Of a stretch of 64,000 bases of DNA, positions 44,476 to 57,487 are shown one piece after another. The DNA comes from Eledone cirrhosa (taxonomy: Eukaryota). Made by a program: the position numbers and the translations under genes. The notes under the pieces are model-generated. The model searched no databases and was not told the DNA's origin. It worked only from the letters and a program-made list of their open reading frames with translations. Location of the stretch: assembly GCA_964016885.1 (NCBI GenBank), contig OZ024763.1:6696001-6760000 (forward strand), written 5' to 3'. The number at the start of each line of letters is the position of its first letter. Within the stretch, counting starts at the first letter, position 1.

Positions 44476-44601
44476 ACTAACATACACACACACATACATA
44501 CACACACAGAGGATGTAGATAGTCGCACCACACACTCACACCAGCATATATCTATAGATAGATATATGCTAGTGTGGAAGATGGACGATAAACGATGATG
44601 A

Positions 44602-44654
<53 letters not shown>

Positions 44655-44790
44655 GGAAAAAGTATGACCCCGACGGCAGAGCTCAAGCCATTGGGCTCAT
44701 ACTTTTTCCTATTTCCCACTCTACTACCCTAAGTATTGAGTACTCTGGTGCGTTATGGTCCATCTGGTTCCTTACCACAATTCCTTTATT
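44655..44790 (+). mobile_element. Penelope-like short repeat (family A), opposite orientation to 419-590
   Basis: ccactctactaccctaagtattgagtactctggtgcgttatggtccatctggttccttaccaca is the reverse complement of 428-492; short inverted head. Confidence 0.55.
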
Positions 44791-44836
44791 ATATATATAT
44801 ATATACATATACGTATATATATATATATATATATAC

Positions 44837-44896
<60 letters not shown>

Positions 44897-45147
44897 ACTT
44901 TATAAACAACAATGAAAGAGTGTTTAGAACATTTAATTACTTATGATCGTTTCATCCTAGCCCAAAGCTGGATTATGAAGACCAATGGTCGCAACTCCAG
45001 GTAGAAGGAGCAACGTGAAATAAACTGTCTTGCTCAAGGGCACAACACATCGCCTGATACGGGAATCGAACTCACAACCTCAATTTTCGAATCCAATTTT
45101 CTAACCACTCAGCCACACGCCTTCACATATATATATATACACACACA

Positions 45148-45267
<120 letters not shown>

Positions 45268-45537
45268 GCAGTAAAAGTTGTCTGTGAAGTAAATTCCCTC
45301 ATAAATCTCTTTCTAATCAATGGAGTTAGTCAGTGGAGCATAAAACTGGTGTCTTAGAACCAACGAATGGTCAATCTAGCGTGAAAGACTTTGTACAAGG
45401 GTAGACAACTTGGCTTATCCTTCCTAGTCCGACTGTAAACTACATGATTTATTATCTTCCACCCCACCACTACCATCACTGACACCATCACCCAGCCACC
45501 ATCCTTATCATCAGGGTTCTGTCTTAACACTTTAACC

Positions 45538-46177
45538 CAGAGGTTTTCAAACTTTTTGGGTCACCGACCCCCTCACGGCCATGTAATACCCTCAGCACCC
45601 CCAACCCTATTTCCAGAGAGACCTTCCTACACACAAAGTGTAAATAATACATCATAAATAAAACTGTCAATTTATATATAATAAATAATATAATATGTAT
45701 AAATAAATACTATATATTTTTTTATTTTGCCATATATATGTATATTGTGGTAAGTTCAATTCTCAGACCTGGTGATGTGTTGTTTCCTTGAGCAAGACAC
45801 TTTATTTCACATTGCTCCAGTTTACTCAGCTGTAGAAATGAGATGATAGGGACTGGGGTCCCTATCATTCCACTGCAAAGTGGTCGTGGAGGTGCCACGG
45901 CAAAAAAGCACCCAGCACTCACTGTAAATGAGGTTGGTGTTAGGAAGGGCATCCAGCTGTAGAAATCAAGCCAGAATCAGTTCCCGTCCCACCCTTGCAA
46001 GCAGGGAAAAAGCGGACGTAAAATGAAAGGAAAAATGAAAAATGATGTATATAATATATATCATTTGATATTTAATATACTATCATATCATCTCTACTGC
46101 CCTCTTAGATGGCAGCACCCCGCTGGACCTTCTTAAGACCCCCATGGGGGTGGTAGCACCCATTTTCAGAACCTCTG
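45538..46177. mobile_element. hAT-superfamily MITE with a nested SINE
   Basis: Imperfect TIRs cagaggttttcaaac / ttttcagaacctctg; exact 8-bp TSD ctttaacc at 45530-45537 and 46178-46185. Confidence 0.85.
45745..46047 (+). mobile_element. 5'-truncated tRNA-derived SINE (family 2) nested in the MITE
   Basis: Near-identical to 54268-54557. Confidence 0.85.
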
Positions 46178-46576
46178 CTTTAACCTCTTTTCAGGTAGAA
46201 GTTCCAAAGATGTGTCAGTCAAGTCCCATAGACAAGTACTTGATTTGTTGAAAGTTAATCCAGCCTCTTATCGGGTTGTCGTGGTGATAGATCAAAAAGC
46301 TCCAGTGAAACCTGTTAGGCTATTGTTTCAGTTGGTACCACTATAAAAAGGACCCGGGCCACATTGGAAGAATCACTTTTAAACTGACCAGTTTAAAATT
46401 TCTTCCTCCAATATACAGCGGATCCTGAAACCAATGGTCGCATATACATGTTAAGTATATGAAACTTTGATTACACTATATATATGTATATATATATATA
46501 TATGTGTATATATATATATGTATATATATATGTGTATATATATATATGTATATATATATGTGTATATATATATATG

Positions 46577-46612
<36 letters not shown>

Positions 46613-46634
46613 CATATGTATATATATATATATG

Positions 46635-46695
<61 letters not shown>

Positions 46696-46725
46696 AGATC
46701 AAAATATGGTTAAAAGAGTTCCATG

Positions 46726-46796
46726 TATTTTATTATGCGCATTTCAAAAACAAATATCATCATGGGATGATATTTGCGTTCTCATCAGATAAAATA
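46726..46796 (-). ncRNA. Type I hammerhead ribozyme with 16-bp stem II (family C)
   Basis: UAUUUUAU-CUGAUGA-GAACGCAAAUAUCAUC-CCAU-GAUGAUAUUUGUUUUU-GAAAU-GCGC-AUA/AUAAAAUA: perfect 8-bp stem I, palindromic AUGCGCAU. Confidence 0.75.
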
Positions 46797-46934
46797 GGGA
46801 GACATGATATGAAGCTTAAAAAACACTTGCGAGTAGTGAAGTGTTAAATCAACATATATATATATATATTATATATATATATATTTTTAGTTTTCGGCTT
46901 GTATTGACTGATAGTGCTTCTTATAGCTTTAATT

Positions 46935-46972
46935 GCCCTGATGAGTCCTTAATAGGACGAAACATTGTTGGC
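46935..46972 (+). ncRNA. Type I hammerhead ribozyme with canonical core, intronic, sense strand
   Basis: GCC-CUGAUGA-GUCCU-UAAU-AGGAC-GAAAC-AUU-GUU/GGC. Confidence 0.75.
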
Positions 46973-47119
46973 TAATAAAGACTTTTGATGTATTGAAGGC
47001 TTCTTTGGTTTATGTTCATAATTCATCGGCTCTGTTTAATTACATTGAGCTATACCTTTACTGTCATTTCTATAATACCAAGAGGGTGTTTAACTTCAAC
47101 ACACTCTAGTATTTCAATT

Positions 47120-47179
<60 letters not shown>

Positions 47180-47244
47180 GTGGTGGAACACTGAAAGGTA
47201 ATATCCGTAGTGGTGGAGCACTCAGTCCAAGGGACGAGTTGGGT

Positions 47245-47419
47245 AGAAGTGGTTACACAACAGTTAGTTCACCATACCGAGAACAATTGTTTCACCTTCG
47301 CGGATCTTCAGCTCTGGGATGTGTATAGTTATAGGCCATACACATCCCACAGCTGAAGATCCGCGTAGGTGAAACAATTGTTCTCGGTATGGTGAACTAA
47401 CTGTTGTGTAACCACTTCT
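47245..47419. ncRNA. Fold-back pair of hammerheads (47277-47317 minus; 47347-47387 plus), family D; degenerate relative at 54066-54185
   Basis: CCAGAG-CUGAAGA-U-CC-GCGAA-GG-U-GAAAC-AAUU-GUU/CUCGG with palindromic AACAAUUGUU; ~80-bp inverted arms. Confidence 0.6.
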
Positions 47420-47452
47420 CTCTCTATATATATATATATGTGTATATATATA

Positions 47453-47483
<31 letters not shown>

Positions 47484-47931
47484 GGTACAGTCTTCTTCCA
47501 TTTGTGTGTTCTTGACTTGTTTCCACCAACATCAACCCCCACCCCCCCACCCCCCTACCCCCACAAACACCACCACCAACACCACCCCTACCCCCACCAC
47601 CACCACCACCACCACTGATGTAACAGACAACAAATGTGAAACACATTGACCTATATAAAAGTACAACTCCATCCCACCCATACACATCAACCTCCACCCC
47701 ACACCACACACATCACTTCATCTACTTCATGACCACTGCCACTAACAACAGTATATATATATATATACATATATATATACATATATATATATATATACAT
47801 ATATATATACATATATATATATATATATGTGTATATATATATATGGGGGGGGGGGATATTCCTTTTCTTTGTTGTGGCGCGAGGTATAATTATTTTTTTC
47901 TATTTCTATAAGAGGAGAGAGAAAAATGAAA

Positions 47932-48800
47932 ACACTGCCACCACCACCCCAGCACTACTGCCACCACCACCACCACCAGCACTACTGCCACCACCTCCCC
48001 AGAACTACTGCCACCACCACCCCAGCACTACTGCCACCACCACCCCAGCACTACTGCCACCACCACCACCACCAGCACTACTGCCACCACCGGCACTACT
48101 GCCACCACCACCCAGCACTACTGCCACCACCACCCCAGCACTACTGCCACCACCACCCCAGCACTACTGCCACCACCACCACCACCAGCACTACTGCCAC
48201 CACCAGCACTACTGCCACCACCTCCCCAGAACTACTGCCACCACCACCCCAGCACTACTGCCACCACCACCCCAGCACTACTGCCACCACCACCACCACC
48301 AGCACTACTGCCACCACCAGCACTACTGCCACCACCTCCCCAGAACTACTGCCACCACCACCCCAGCACTACTGCCACCACCACCCCAGCACTACTGCCA
48401 CCACCACCACCACCAGCACTACTGCCACCACCGGCACTACTGCCACCACCACCCAGCACTACTGCCACCACCACCCCAGCACTACTGCCACCACCACCCC
48501 AGCACTACTGCCACCACCACCACCACCAGCACTACTGCCACCACCAGCACTACTGCCACCACCAGCACTACTGCCACCACCTCCCCAGAACTACTGCCAC
48601 CACCACCCCAGCACTACTGCCACCACCACCCCAGCACTACTGCCACCACCACCACCACCAGCACTACTGCCACCACCGGCACTACTGCCACCACCACCCA
48701 GCACTACTGCCACCACCACCACCAGCACTACTGCCACCACCACCCCAGCACTACTGCCACCACCACCACCCCAGCACCATCCCCAGCACTACTGCTGCCC
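47932..48800. repeat. (CCA)n-derived ~23-bp minisatellite
   Basis: ccaccaccaccccagcactactg repeated, with a higher-order ccccagaactactg variant. Confidence 0.9.
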
Positions 48801-49184
48801 CCCCCCCCCACCACCACCACAACAACAACATCAACATAAACATCACCCATCTCCACCTTTACAACAACATCATTACCACCACAATTACACAAAAAACAAC
48901 ATCACCACCGCCGCCACCACCACCACCACCACCACACAACACAAACATCAACCCCATCGCCACCACCACCACCACACAACAACATTACTACCGCCACCAC
49001 CACCACCACCACCACACAACAACATTACCACCACCACCACCATCTTCTTCTGCTTCTGTCTTTCCTGTTGTAGTAAAAAACATCCATTAAATGTTAGTAA
49101 GTAATTTCCTCGTGTGGTGCCAGGATATTTCTTCAGAACATCTGTTAGGTTGGTAATTCAGATTCCGGATTGACAGAACTTGTA

Positions 49185-49535
49185 GTGATTTTATAGAAAT
49201 TTACAGAAATTTGACAGAAAATGATAGAAATTGACAGAAAATTGATAGAAATTTCATCGAAAATAATAGAAATTGATAGATTTTGATAGAAATTTTATAG
49301 AAAATGTTAGAAATTGACAGAAAATTGATAGAAATTGATAGAAATTTCATAGAAAATGATAGAAATTGTAGAGAATTAATAGAAATTGATAGAAATTCAC
49401 AGAAAATTGATAGAAATTTTATAGAAAATGAGGTTAACAGAAAATTGATAGAGGTTAACAGAAAATTGATAGAAATTTACAGAATTTTTATAGAAAATAA
49501 TAGAATTTGACAGAAAATTGATAGAAATTTGATTA
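49185..49535. repeat. Degenerate 10-11 bp A-rich tandem repeat
   Basis: gatagaaatt / gacagaaaatt units. Confidence 0.8.
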
Positions 49536-50586
49536 GAACTAAGTGTAAAAATCATGTTAATGTTTATGTATATCTAAAAACCTTCCATCATTATTTTGTG
49601 TAAGAACCTTTGTTAAGTTATGTTCCAGACACCAGTTTAATAATGAGAAAGTTAGTCTTATTACTAAATCCTTCCAAATTCTTGATTATTTTCAACATTA
49701 TTTGAAAATTATAGACAGTGTCTTTCATTATAAATATGGTAATGAAAGGGTTAAAGACATAGACAGTGTCTTTCATTATAAATATGGTAATGGAAGGGTT
49801 AATGACATAGACAGGGTCTTTTATTCAAAATATGGTAAAGAAAGGTTAACAAATGCAAGGAGTGTCAACGAGTAGCTATGTCGCTACCTGAGAAGGTGAA
49901 AATAGAGGTGTAGTTGTTAACCAAACCTGAGAACAGGAGTGATTTAATGGCAGGAAATTAAGTCATTTTAAGTAATGAAGTGTGTCACATGACACCAATT
50001 AGTTGCTAAGTACACCTTGCTTGGATACCAGTGGTATAGTGGTGGTGGTGGGGGGGGAGGTGTGATTGTGGTGGTGGGGGAGGTGGGACTGTGGTGGAGA
50101 TTTTGGTGGTGGTGGTGACGTTGGTGGTGGCGGTGGCGGTTATGGTGATGGTATAGTGTTGGTGGTGGTGTTGGTGGTGGTGAGTGACAGGTGATGCTGG
50201 GACGATGGTGATGGTGGTGGTGGTGATGATGTTAGTGATGGTGATGATGTTGGTGGTTGTGGTGTTGGTGGTGATGATGTTGGTGGTTGTGGTGTTGGAG
50301 GTGATGATGTTGTTGGTGTTGGTGATGTTGGTGGTGGTGGTGGTGGTGGTGGTGATGGTGGTGGTGGTGGTGTTGGTGGTGGTGGTGTTGGTGGTTGTGG
50401 TGTTGATGGTGTTGGTGGTAGGGTTTTACTCTCTCTTACTCTCATGCTCTTTTCTGCTTGTCTCTCTCCCACTCTCTCTTTCATACTCCCCCTCCTTCCT
50501 CCATTCCCTCTCATTTTTTCACTCTCTCTCTCCCTTTGCTCACATACTTACTCTTTTTCTCTCTCCCTTCCTCTCATTCTTTCACT

Positions 50587-50765
50587 ATTGGCAGTATCGG
50601 TAGAGGGTCGGACGCCATGCTTTCCAGCATAGTTACGTCCCTTTACGATCCGAGTTCAAATCCCGCCGAGGTTAACTTTGCCTTTCATCCTTACGGGGTC
50701 GATATAATAAAGTACCAGTAATGCACTGGGTCATTGCTGGCCTTGTGCCAAAAAGTAGAAACAAT
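50587..50765 (+). mobile_element. tRNA-derived SINE (family 1)
   Basis: attggcagtatcggtagagggtcggacgcc...gagttcaaatcccgccgaggttaactttgcc (A/B-box-like). Confidence 0.85.
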
Positions 50766-51008
50766 TCTTTCACTCTCTCTCTGTCCCACTCTCTCTTTCC
50801 CTCCTACTCTCTCTCCCTCACTCCCACTCCCACACCACGAGGTGAGTCACAATGAAATAGTGTCGTCTCACATATCCAGTGTCACAATATCCCCACATCA
50901 ACCCAGTCTCAATCTGAGATGAACCCATCTTACAGGGATTTCCCCTGGGGTCAACCAGATTACAAATTACCTTACTGACAAAGCATTTATGCTCCACCCC
51001 CTCGGATC

Positions 51009-51083
<75 letters not shown>

Positions 51084-51663
51084 CTCACTAGCATAGTCGC
51101 GTCACTACCAATATTATCCAGCTATCACCACCACCACCACTACCACAACCACCACCACTACTACTACCACCACCACCACCATCACCATCATCACCACCAC
51201 CATCATCATACAAAAGTGTATTGATTCACCATCAACAGTTAATGTAACCTGACATACACCACCACCATCACCATCACCATCACCACCACCACCACCACCA
51301 CTACCACCACCACCACCACCACCATCATCACCATCACTATCATCACTACCACCACCACCACCACCATCACCACCACCACCACTACCACCACCACCACCAC
51401 TACTACTACCATCACCACCACCACCACCACCACTACTACCATCACCATCATCACCATCATCACCATCATCACCATCATCACCACCACCACCACCATCACC
51501 ATCACCATCACCATCATCATCATCATTATCAACAATGAGAAAGTTTGATTTTATTAACCAAATCCCTTCAAATTCTTGAATATTTTTTCATCGCCCATTG
51601 TTTGTCGAACTGCTAAGTCCCATCTCTATCTATATATCACTCTCTATATATTATATTTTGCAG

Positions 51664-51931
51664 TCTTATGTGAAGTGTACGTTGGGAATGTACAGCATTG
51701 GTCTGATACTGATCACGTTTGGCATCGTCAACGCCATCAGCTCCGTTGTTATCGGTTACATTGCGAAACACATCAAGCGTTTTGCATTCATCACAGCAGC
51801 TGCGACATTCAATGCAGGAATCCTGATGGTTCTGAGTCTTTGGAAACCTCAGCCATTGGACATTCCCAACTTCTACGTCATCTCCGCATGTCTTGGACTC
51901 TGTGACGCCATATGGCAGACACAGACATTCA
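51664..51931 (+). CDS. unc93: UNC-93-like protein, coding exon 2
   Basis: Acceptor ttttgcag|TCT continues phase 0 (DFTK-SYVKCTLG, a typical UNC-93 motif); GLCDAIWQTQ; donor A|gtaagt at 51932, phase 1. Confidence 0.93.
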
Positions 51932-52609
51932 GTAAGTCTATATTAACATCACTTTTTGCTTTGTCTTTTTCACCCCCCTCTAATACACACACACACACAC
52001 ACACTAACTAAGGCACACACACATACACACTCTAACTAACACACACACACACACACTCTAACTAACTAACGCACATATACATACACACTCTAACTAACAC
52101 ACACACACGCACACTAACTAACGCACACACACATACACACTCTAACTAACACACACACACACACACTCTAACTAACGCACACACACTCAAACACACACAC
52201 ACACTCTAACTAACGCGCACACACACACACACACACTCTAACTAACTCACACACACACTAACTAACGCACACACACACACTAACTAACGCACATACACAC
52301 ACTCTAACTAATGCACATACACACACACACAGACAGACAAACACACACACACAAACACTCTCACATACACACACACAGACCCATACATACACACACTCAC
52401 ACAGACACACACAGACCCATAGACACACACACACACACTCTCACACACACACAGAGACCCATAGACACACACACACACACACACTCTCTCTCACACACAC
52501 ACACATACACTCACATATGTGTGAGTTTCAGCTTCAATCGGGGGTAACTACAGTAAGTAAGGTACTCAATACATTAGTAGAGTGTATACAACAAATTTAT
52601 ATGGAAATG

Positions 52610-52659
52610 GCTTCTACAGGACTAGAACTGTTTCATTCGAAGGAAATCATCAGGAAAGC
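52610..52659 (-). ncRNA. Type I hammerhead (family B) within repeat 52533-52680
   Basis: GCUUUC-CUGAUGA-U-UUC-CUUC-GAA-U-GAAACAG-UUCUAGUC-CUGUA/GAAGC; stems are conserved and loops changed relative to 11619-11667. Confidence 0.7.
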
Positions 52660-53319
52660 TATATTAAATTTGTTATATATAATATACATACATATATATA
52701 TATATATATATATGGGGGGGTGGGGGTGATGGTGGTGATGATGATGCTATATCTATGTGTGTGTTAGTGAGTGTATATATATATATATATGTGTGTGTTA
52801 GTGAGTGTATATGTGCATGTATGTATAAGGCCAGTGTGTTGAGGAATGAAGCAGTTTTAACAGCACAGCAATAATTTGATTTAAGAACAACTTTGCCAGG
52901 AGATAGAAAAAATTGGCTGATTTGAGTAGCATTTGTTGTTGTTGGTAGTGTTGTTGTTGTTGTTGTTATTGTTGGTAGTGTTGTTGTTGTTATTGTTGGT
53001 GTTGTTGTTGTTGTTATTGTTGGTAGTGTTGTTGTTGTTACTGTTGTTGTAGTAAAAATATGTTGTTTTGGCAAAGAATGAAAAAATCCAAACAAAATAT
53101 TTTTGGCTTCAGTTTGTTTTATTCAATTTGTTCGGTTATCATTGATTGAACTATGAAATAATAATGATGATGATGATGATTGTTAAACCTGTTTACACAC
53201 AAAACATACACACCAATATATATATATACACATCTATATATATATATATATATATATATACATCTAGATATATATATATATATATAAATGTAATCTGAGT
53301 TTTTCGAATATTAATAATT

Positions 53320-53480
53320 GTTTCTTACTTTTGGCACAAGCCCAGTACATTACTGGTACTTTTTTTATCGACCCTCGTAAGGATGAAAGGCAAAGTTAAC
53401 CTCGCTGGGATTTGAACTCAGATTGTAAAGGGACGTAACTATGCTGGAAAGCATGTCCGACCCTCTACCGATACTGCCAA
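53320..53480 (-). mobile_element. tRNA-derived SINE (family 1) inserted into an HHR-bearing repeat
   Basis: Family consensus on the minus strand. It interrupts cgaatattaataat|aatattcgatt, which is uninterrupted in the second copy at ~53870-53893. Confidence 0.85.
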
Positions 53481-53582
53481 ATAATATTCGATTTGTTTGC
53501 AATTATGCAAACAAGCCTCATTTTTAAAGCCATGTCAGTAGTATAAGCCCCTCATTCTTGGTCTTGTGTTGGCATGTAAACA

Positions 53583-53632
53583 GAACTGCAGACACTAATG
53601 TTTCTGGGTATCACCCTTCATCAGTACAGTTC
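53583..53632 (-). ncRNA. Type I hammerhead ribozyme in a ~400-bp partial tandem repeat with inverted head (53293-54062)
   Basis: GAACUGUA-CUGAUGA-A-GGGU-GAU-ACCC-A-GAAACA-UUAG-UGUC/UGCAGUUC: 8-bp stem I, GUC triplet. A truncated inverted copy lies at 54025-54061. Confidence 0.75.
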
Positions 53633-54220
53633 ACTGTTCACCTGTCAGAGCTAGTGAAAATATATGATATTTTTACTAAAATATAAGGGGACTGATTAGC
53701 CTAATTTGCATATTAGCAGACTGGCTGATCAGCCAGATTTGCATATCAGCAGACTGGCCAGTCAGTTTCCTGTATATGAGTGATCAATGGCTGGCTTTGC
53801 CATATTAAAAACAAAACAACAATTTTTCGCTCTACATGGCTGAACCCAACAAATGTCATCTGAGTTTTGCGAATATTAATAATAATATTCGATTCGTTTC
53901 CAATTATGCAAACAAGCCTCATTTTTAAAGCCATGTCAGTAGAATGAGCCCCTCATTCTTGCGCTTGTGTTGGCATGTAAACAGAACTGCAGACACTAAT
54001 GTTTCTGTTTGGTAGGTGAACAGTGAACTGCACTGATGAAGGGTAATACCCAGAAACATTATATAGAAGTAGTTCCACAACAGTTCATCATACGGAGAAC
54101 AAATGTTTCACCTTATTCGGACCCTCAACTTGGTCTAAACTGAGTGCTCTACTACTGCAGATATAACCCTCCAGTGTTCTACTATTATGTATATATATAC
54201 ATATATATATATCTATATAT

Positions 54221-54558
54221 GGAGGCACATGGCCTAGTGGTTAGAGCATTGGCCTTGCAATCGAAAGGTTGTGAGTTCAATTCTCAGACTGGGGGATGTG
54301 TTGTTTCCTTGAGCAAGACACTTTATTTCACATTGCTCCGGTTTACTCAGCTGTAGAAATGAGATGATAGGGACTGGGGTCCCTATCATTCCACTGCAAA
54401 GTGGTCGTGGAGGTGCCACGGCAAAAAAGCACCCAGCACTCACTGTAAATGAAGTTGGTGTTAGGAAGGGCATCCAGCTGTAGAAATCAAGCCAGAATCA
54501 TTTCCCGTCCCACCCTTGCAAGCAGGGAAAAAGTGGACGTAAAATGAAATGATGATGA
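54221..54558 (+). mobile_element. Full-length tRNA-derived SINE (family 2) with (TGA)n tail
   Basis: A-box tggcctagtgg, B-box gagttcaattc, body, 3' ggaagggcatccagctgtagaaa...ggacgtaaaatga(tga)n. Confidence 0.9.
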
Positions 54559-54792
54559 TATACACACTTATACATATACACATATGTATATATGTGTGCA
54601 CGAATGTATATATATATATATATACATACATTTCTACACTCTACCAATGTGTTGAGTACCTTTTTTAACTGTGGTCACCTCCTGATTCCCAATAGGAATA
54701 CACCCTTAACTATATATATAGAGATAGATAGACACACACACACATGTCCATATATATATATATACACACACACATACACACACACATGTATA

Positions 54793-54980
54793 GTTGTTTC
54801 TACTTTAGGCACAAGGCCAGCAATTACCCAGTGTATTACTGGTACTTTATTTTATCGACCCCGTAAGGATGAAAGGCAAAGTCAACCTCGGCGGGATTTG
54901 AACTCAGATCGTAAAGGGACGTAACTATGCTGGAAAGCATGGCGTCCGACCCTCTACCGATACTGCCAATCCACCGCCCC
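54793..54980 (-). mobile_element. tRNA-derived SINE (family 1)
   Basis: Family consensus on the minus strand, flanked by ~55-bp direct repeats. Confidence 0.85.
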
Positions 54981-55539
54981 AATACACACACACATGTCCA
55001 TATATATATATACACACACACATACACACACACATGTATAGTGGTGGCGTGACATCTGGCAGATGCCAAGTCTCTATATTTAGCTCTGTGGTGGGGTTGG
55101 TAGTGGTGGTGGAGGTTGATGTGGTGTTGGTGATGTTGGTGGTGGCAGTGGTGGCGGTGGTGGTGGTGGTATTGGTGGTGGTGTTGGTGGTGGCAGTGGT
55201 GGCGGTGGTGGTGGCTAGTGAACTCTGTTTGGTCTGAATACAAGTAAAGCATTGTGGGAAATATTTCATAGATAATGGTAGGATAGTAACACCATTACTT
55301 TTGTTGTTATTGTTGTTGGTGTTGTTGTTGGTGGTGGTGGTGTTGGTGGTGTTGGTGGTGGTGGTGTTGTTGTTATTGTTGTTGGTGTTGTTGGTGGTGG
55401 TGTTGATGGTGGTGTTGTTGTTGGTGGTGGTGTTGTTGTTAATGTTGTTGGTGGTGGTGTTGGTGGTGATGGTGGTGATGGTGGTGGTGTCGTTGTTGTT
55501 GATGTTGTTGGTGTTGTTGCTATTATCGTTATTATTGGT

Positions 55540-55756
55540 AGGGCAGTGGTTTGACAGTATCGGTAGAGGGTCGGACACCATGCTTTGCAGCATAGAGTTA
55601 CGGCCCATTACGGTCTGAGTCCAAATTCCGTCGAGGTTAACTTTGCCTTTCATCCTTACAGGGTCGATAAAATAAAGTACCAGCAACGTACTGGGGGGGG
55701 GGGGGGGTCTATTGAATCGACTTCCCACTTCCCTTCAGATTGCTGGCCTTGTGCCA
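55540..55756 (+). mobile_element. tRNA-derived SINE (family 1)
   Basis: gggcagtggtttgacagtatcggtagagggtcgg...gaggttaactttgcctttcatcc...ggccttgtgcc. Confidence 0.85.
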
Positions 55757-55904
55757 TCTTTTATTATTGGTGATGTCATTAAAGGGGTGGTAGATAGTAG
55801 AGTATTGGTCGGTAGAGCACCAACTAGAATACTGTTGCACTGCCAGTATTGAATCCTTTCGGGACCACATTTCTAATGAAATACACTCTATTTTAATTAA
55901 TTAA

Positions 55905-56076
55905 AAGGCCAGCAATTATCCCAGTGTATTACTGGTACTTTATTTTATCGACACCGTAAGGATGAAAGGCAAAGTAAACCTCGGCGGGATTTGAACTCGG
56001 ACCGTAAAGGGCCGTAACTCTATGCTGCAAAGCATGGCGTCCGACCCTCTACCGATACTGCCAATCCACCGCCCTT
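55905..56076 (-). mobile_element. tRNA-derived SINE (family 1) with 18-bp TSD
   Basis: TSD tctattttaattaattaa at 55887-55904 and 56077-56094. Confidence 0.9.
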
Positions 56077-56768
56077 TCTATTTTAATTAATTAATGAAGA
56101 ATTTTTAGATAATGTCTGAAATTATAAATTATTTCATTACTAAGATACCAACGTAATTTAGAGTTCTTATTATGTTGGAAGATTTTATATTTAGATAGGA
56201 ACCCTGTATTTCAATTAATTAATGAAGAAGTTTGATGGATTTCTTAAAATTATTAATTATTTCATTACTAAGAACTTACGGTAAGGTTCTTGTAGAAAAT
56301 TATATTGGATGATTTTAATTTAAATCTTCTTAATTAAATTGGTTTTGGACACCTTGCGAGATGAAAAACAAAAGCCATGAAAGGGCGGAGGAACTGAGGA
56401 GAGTCAACGGCCATCCAATAAAGTATTTTCTGTGGAGTGAGAGACCCCTAGTCTCCTTTAAGACATCTCTCAAGGAGAAGGTCACTCTCATATAAAACTT
56501 GTGAAATCGTTTGCATCCAATGATGGAGACCAGTTCTTTGATTTGGGGTATATGCATTCAATGTTCAGAGGGTGGGATTGGCCCCGTACAAATCCCTTCC
56601 CCCACTTAAAAAAGCTTCGAGCACAGACATTTTTTGTGATGCATGGTATTGCTGGCCACAGGCAAGTCCCCTAGCAGGAGTAAAAAAGCCACGTCTGTGA
56701 TACTCATACTTAAGTATCAAGCGATGGCATTACTCAAAATCGAGTTGCAGCCATCATCATCATTATAA

Positions 56769-56834
<66 letters not shown>

Positions 56835-56875
56835 ATATGTATATATGTATGTGTGTGTGTATATATATATGTATT

Positions 56876-56920
<45 letters not shown>

Positions 56921-56949
56921 ATTGGATAGGGTATGAGTACATGTGCCTG

Positions 56950-56995
<46 letters not shown>

Positions 56996-57169
56996 TATAT
57001 ATATATAGCCGGTGTGTATATATATAGGTGGGGGTGTATTACAAATTTAGAACCATGTCTAAATACAGCTCTCTGTTTATCTGACCAGGAATATAGAGAA
57101 CAATGGACAAACATGGAGAAGAGGAGAGATAAACATACACACACTATATATATGTATAGAATACATATA

Positions 57170-57231
<62 letters not shown>

Positions 57232-57487
57232 CACACACATATAAAGATATAAAATAGATTTGTAATACAAACATGAAACTAAACACAAAAATAGACACAC
57301 TCATTCTCACACACACACATATATATAATATATAATATATATAATATATATATATATATAATATATGTAATATATTAATTATATATATAATATATATAAT
57401 ATATATATATAATTAAACTAAAATGTAAACATAAAATAAATATATCAACCACAGACCAAGCTATATATATATATATATACAAATACA

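Noticed and set aside
47829-49104. Long Pro/His/Thr-rich ORFs
   Set aside because: The same peptides appear in all frames of a 23-bp minisatellite within intron 1.
49560-49850. Possible piggyBac-type MITE end (aaagggttaa repeated three times)
   Set aside because: Only one terminus is visible, with no matching TIR or TTAA pair.
54221-54295. tRNA gene
   Set aside because: A and B boxes are present, but the sequence runs into a multi-copy SINE body and has no proper acceptor stem.
56330-56750. Complex-sequence stretch with a 75-aa minus-strand ORF
   Set aside because: No motif I can recognise; probably a transposon remnant, but it cannot be assigned without a database search.
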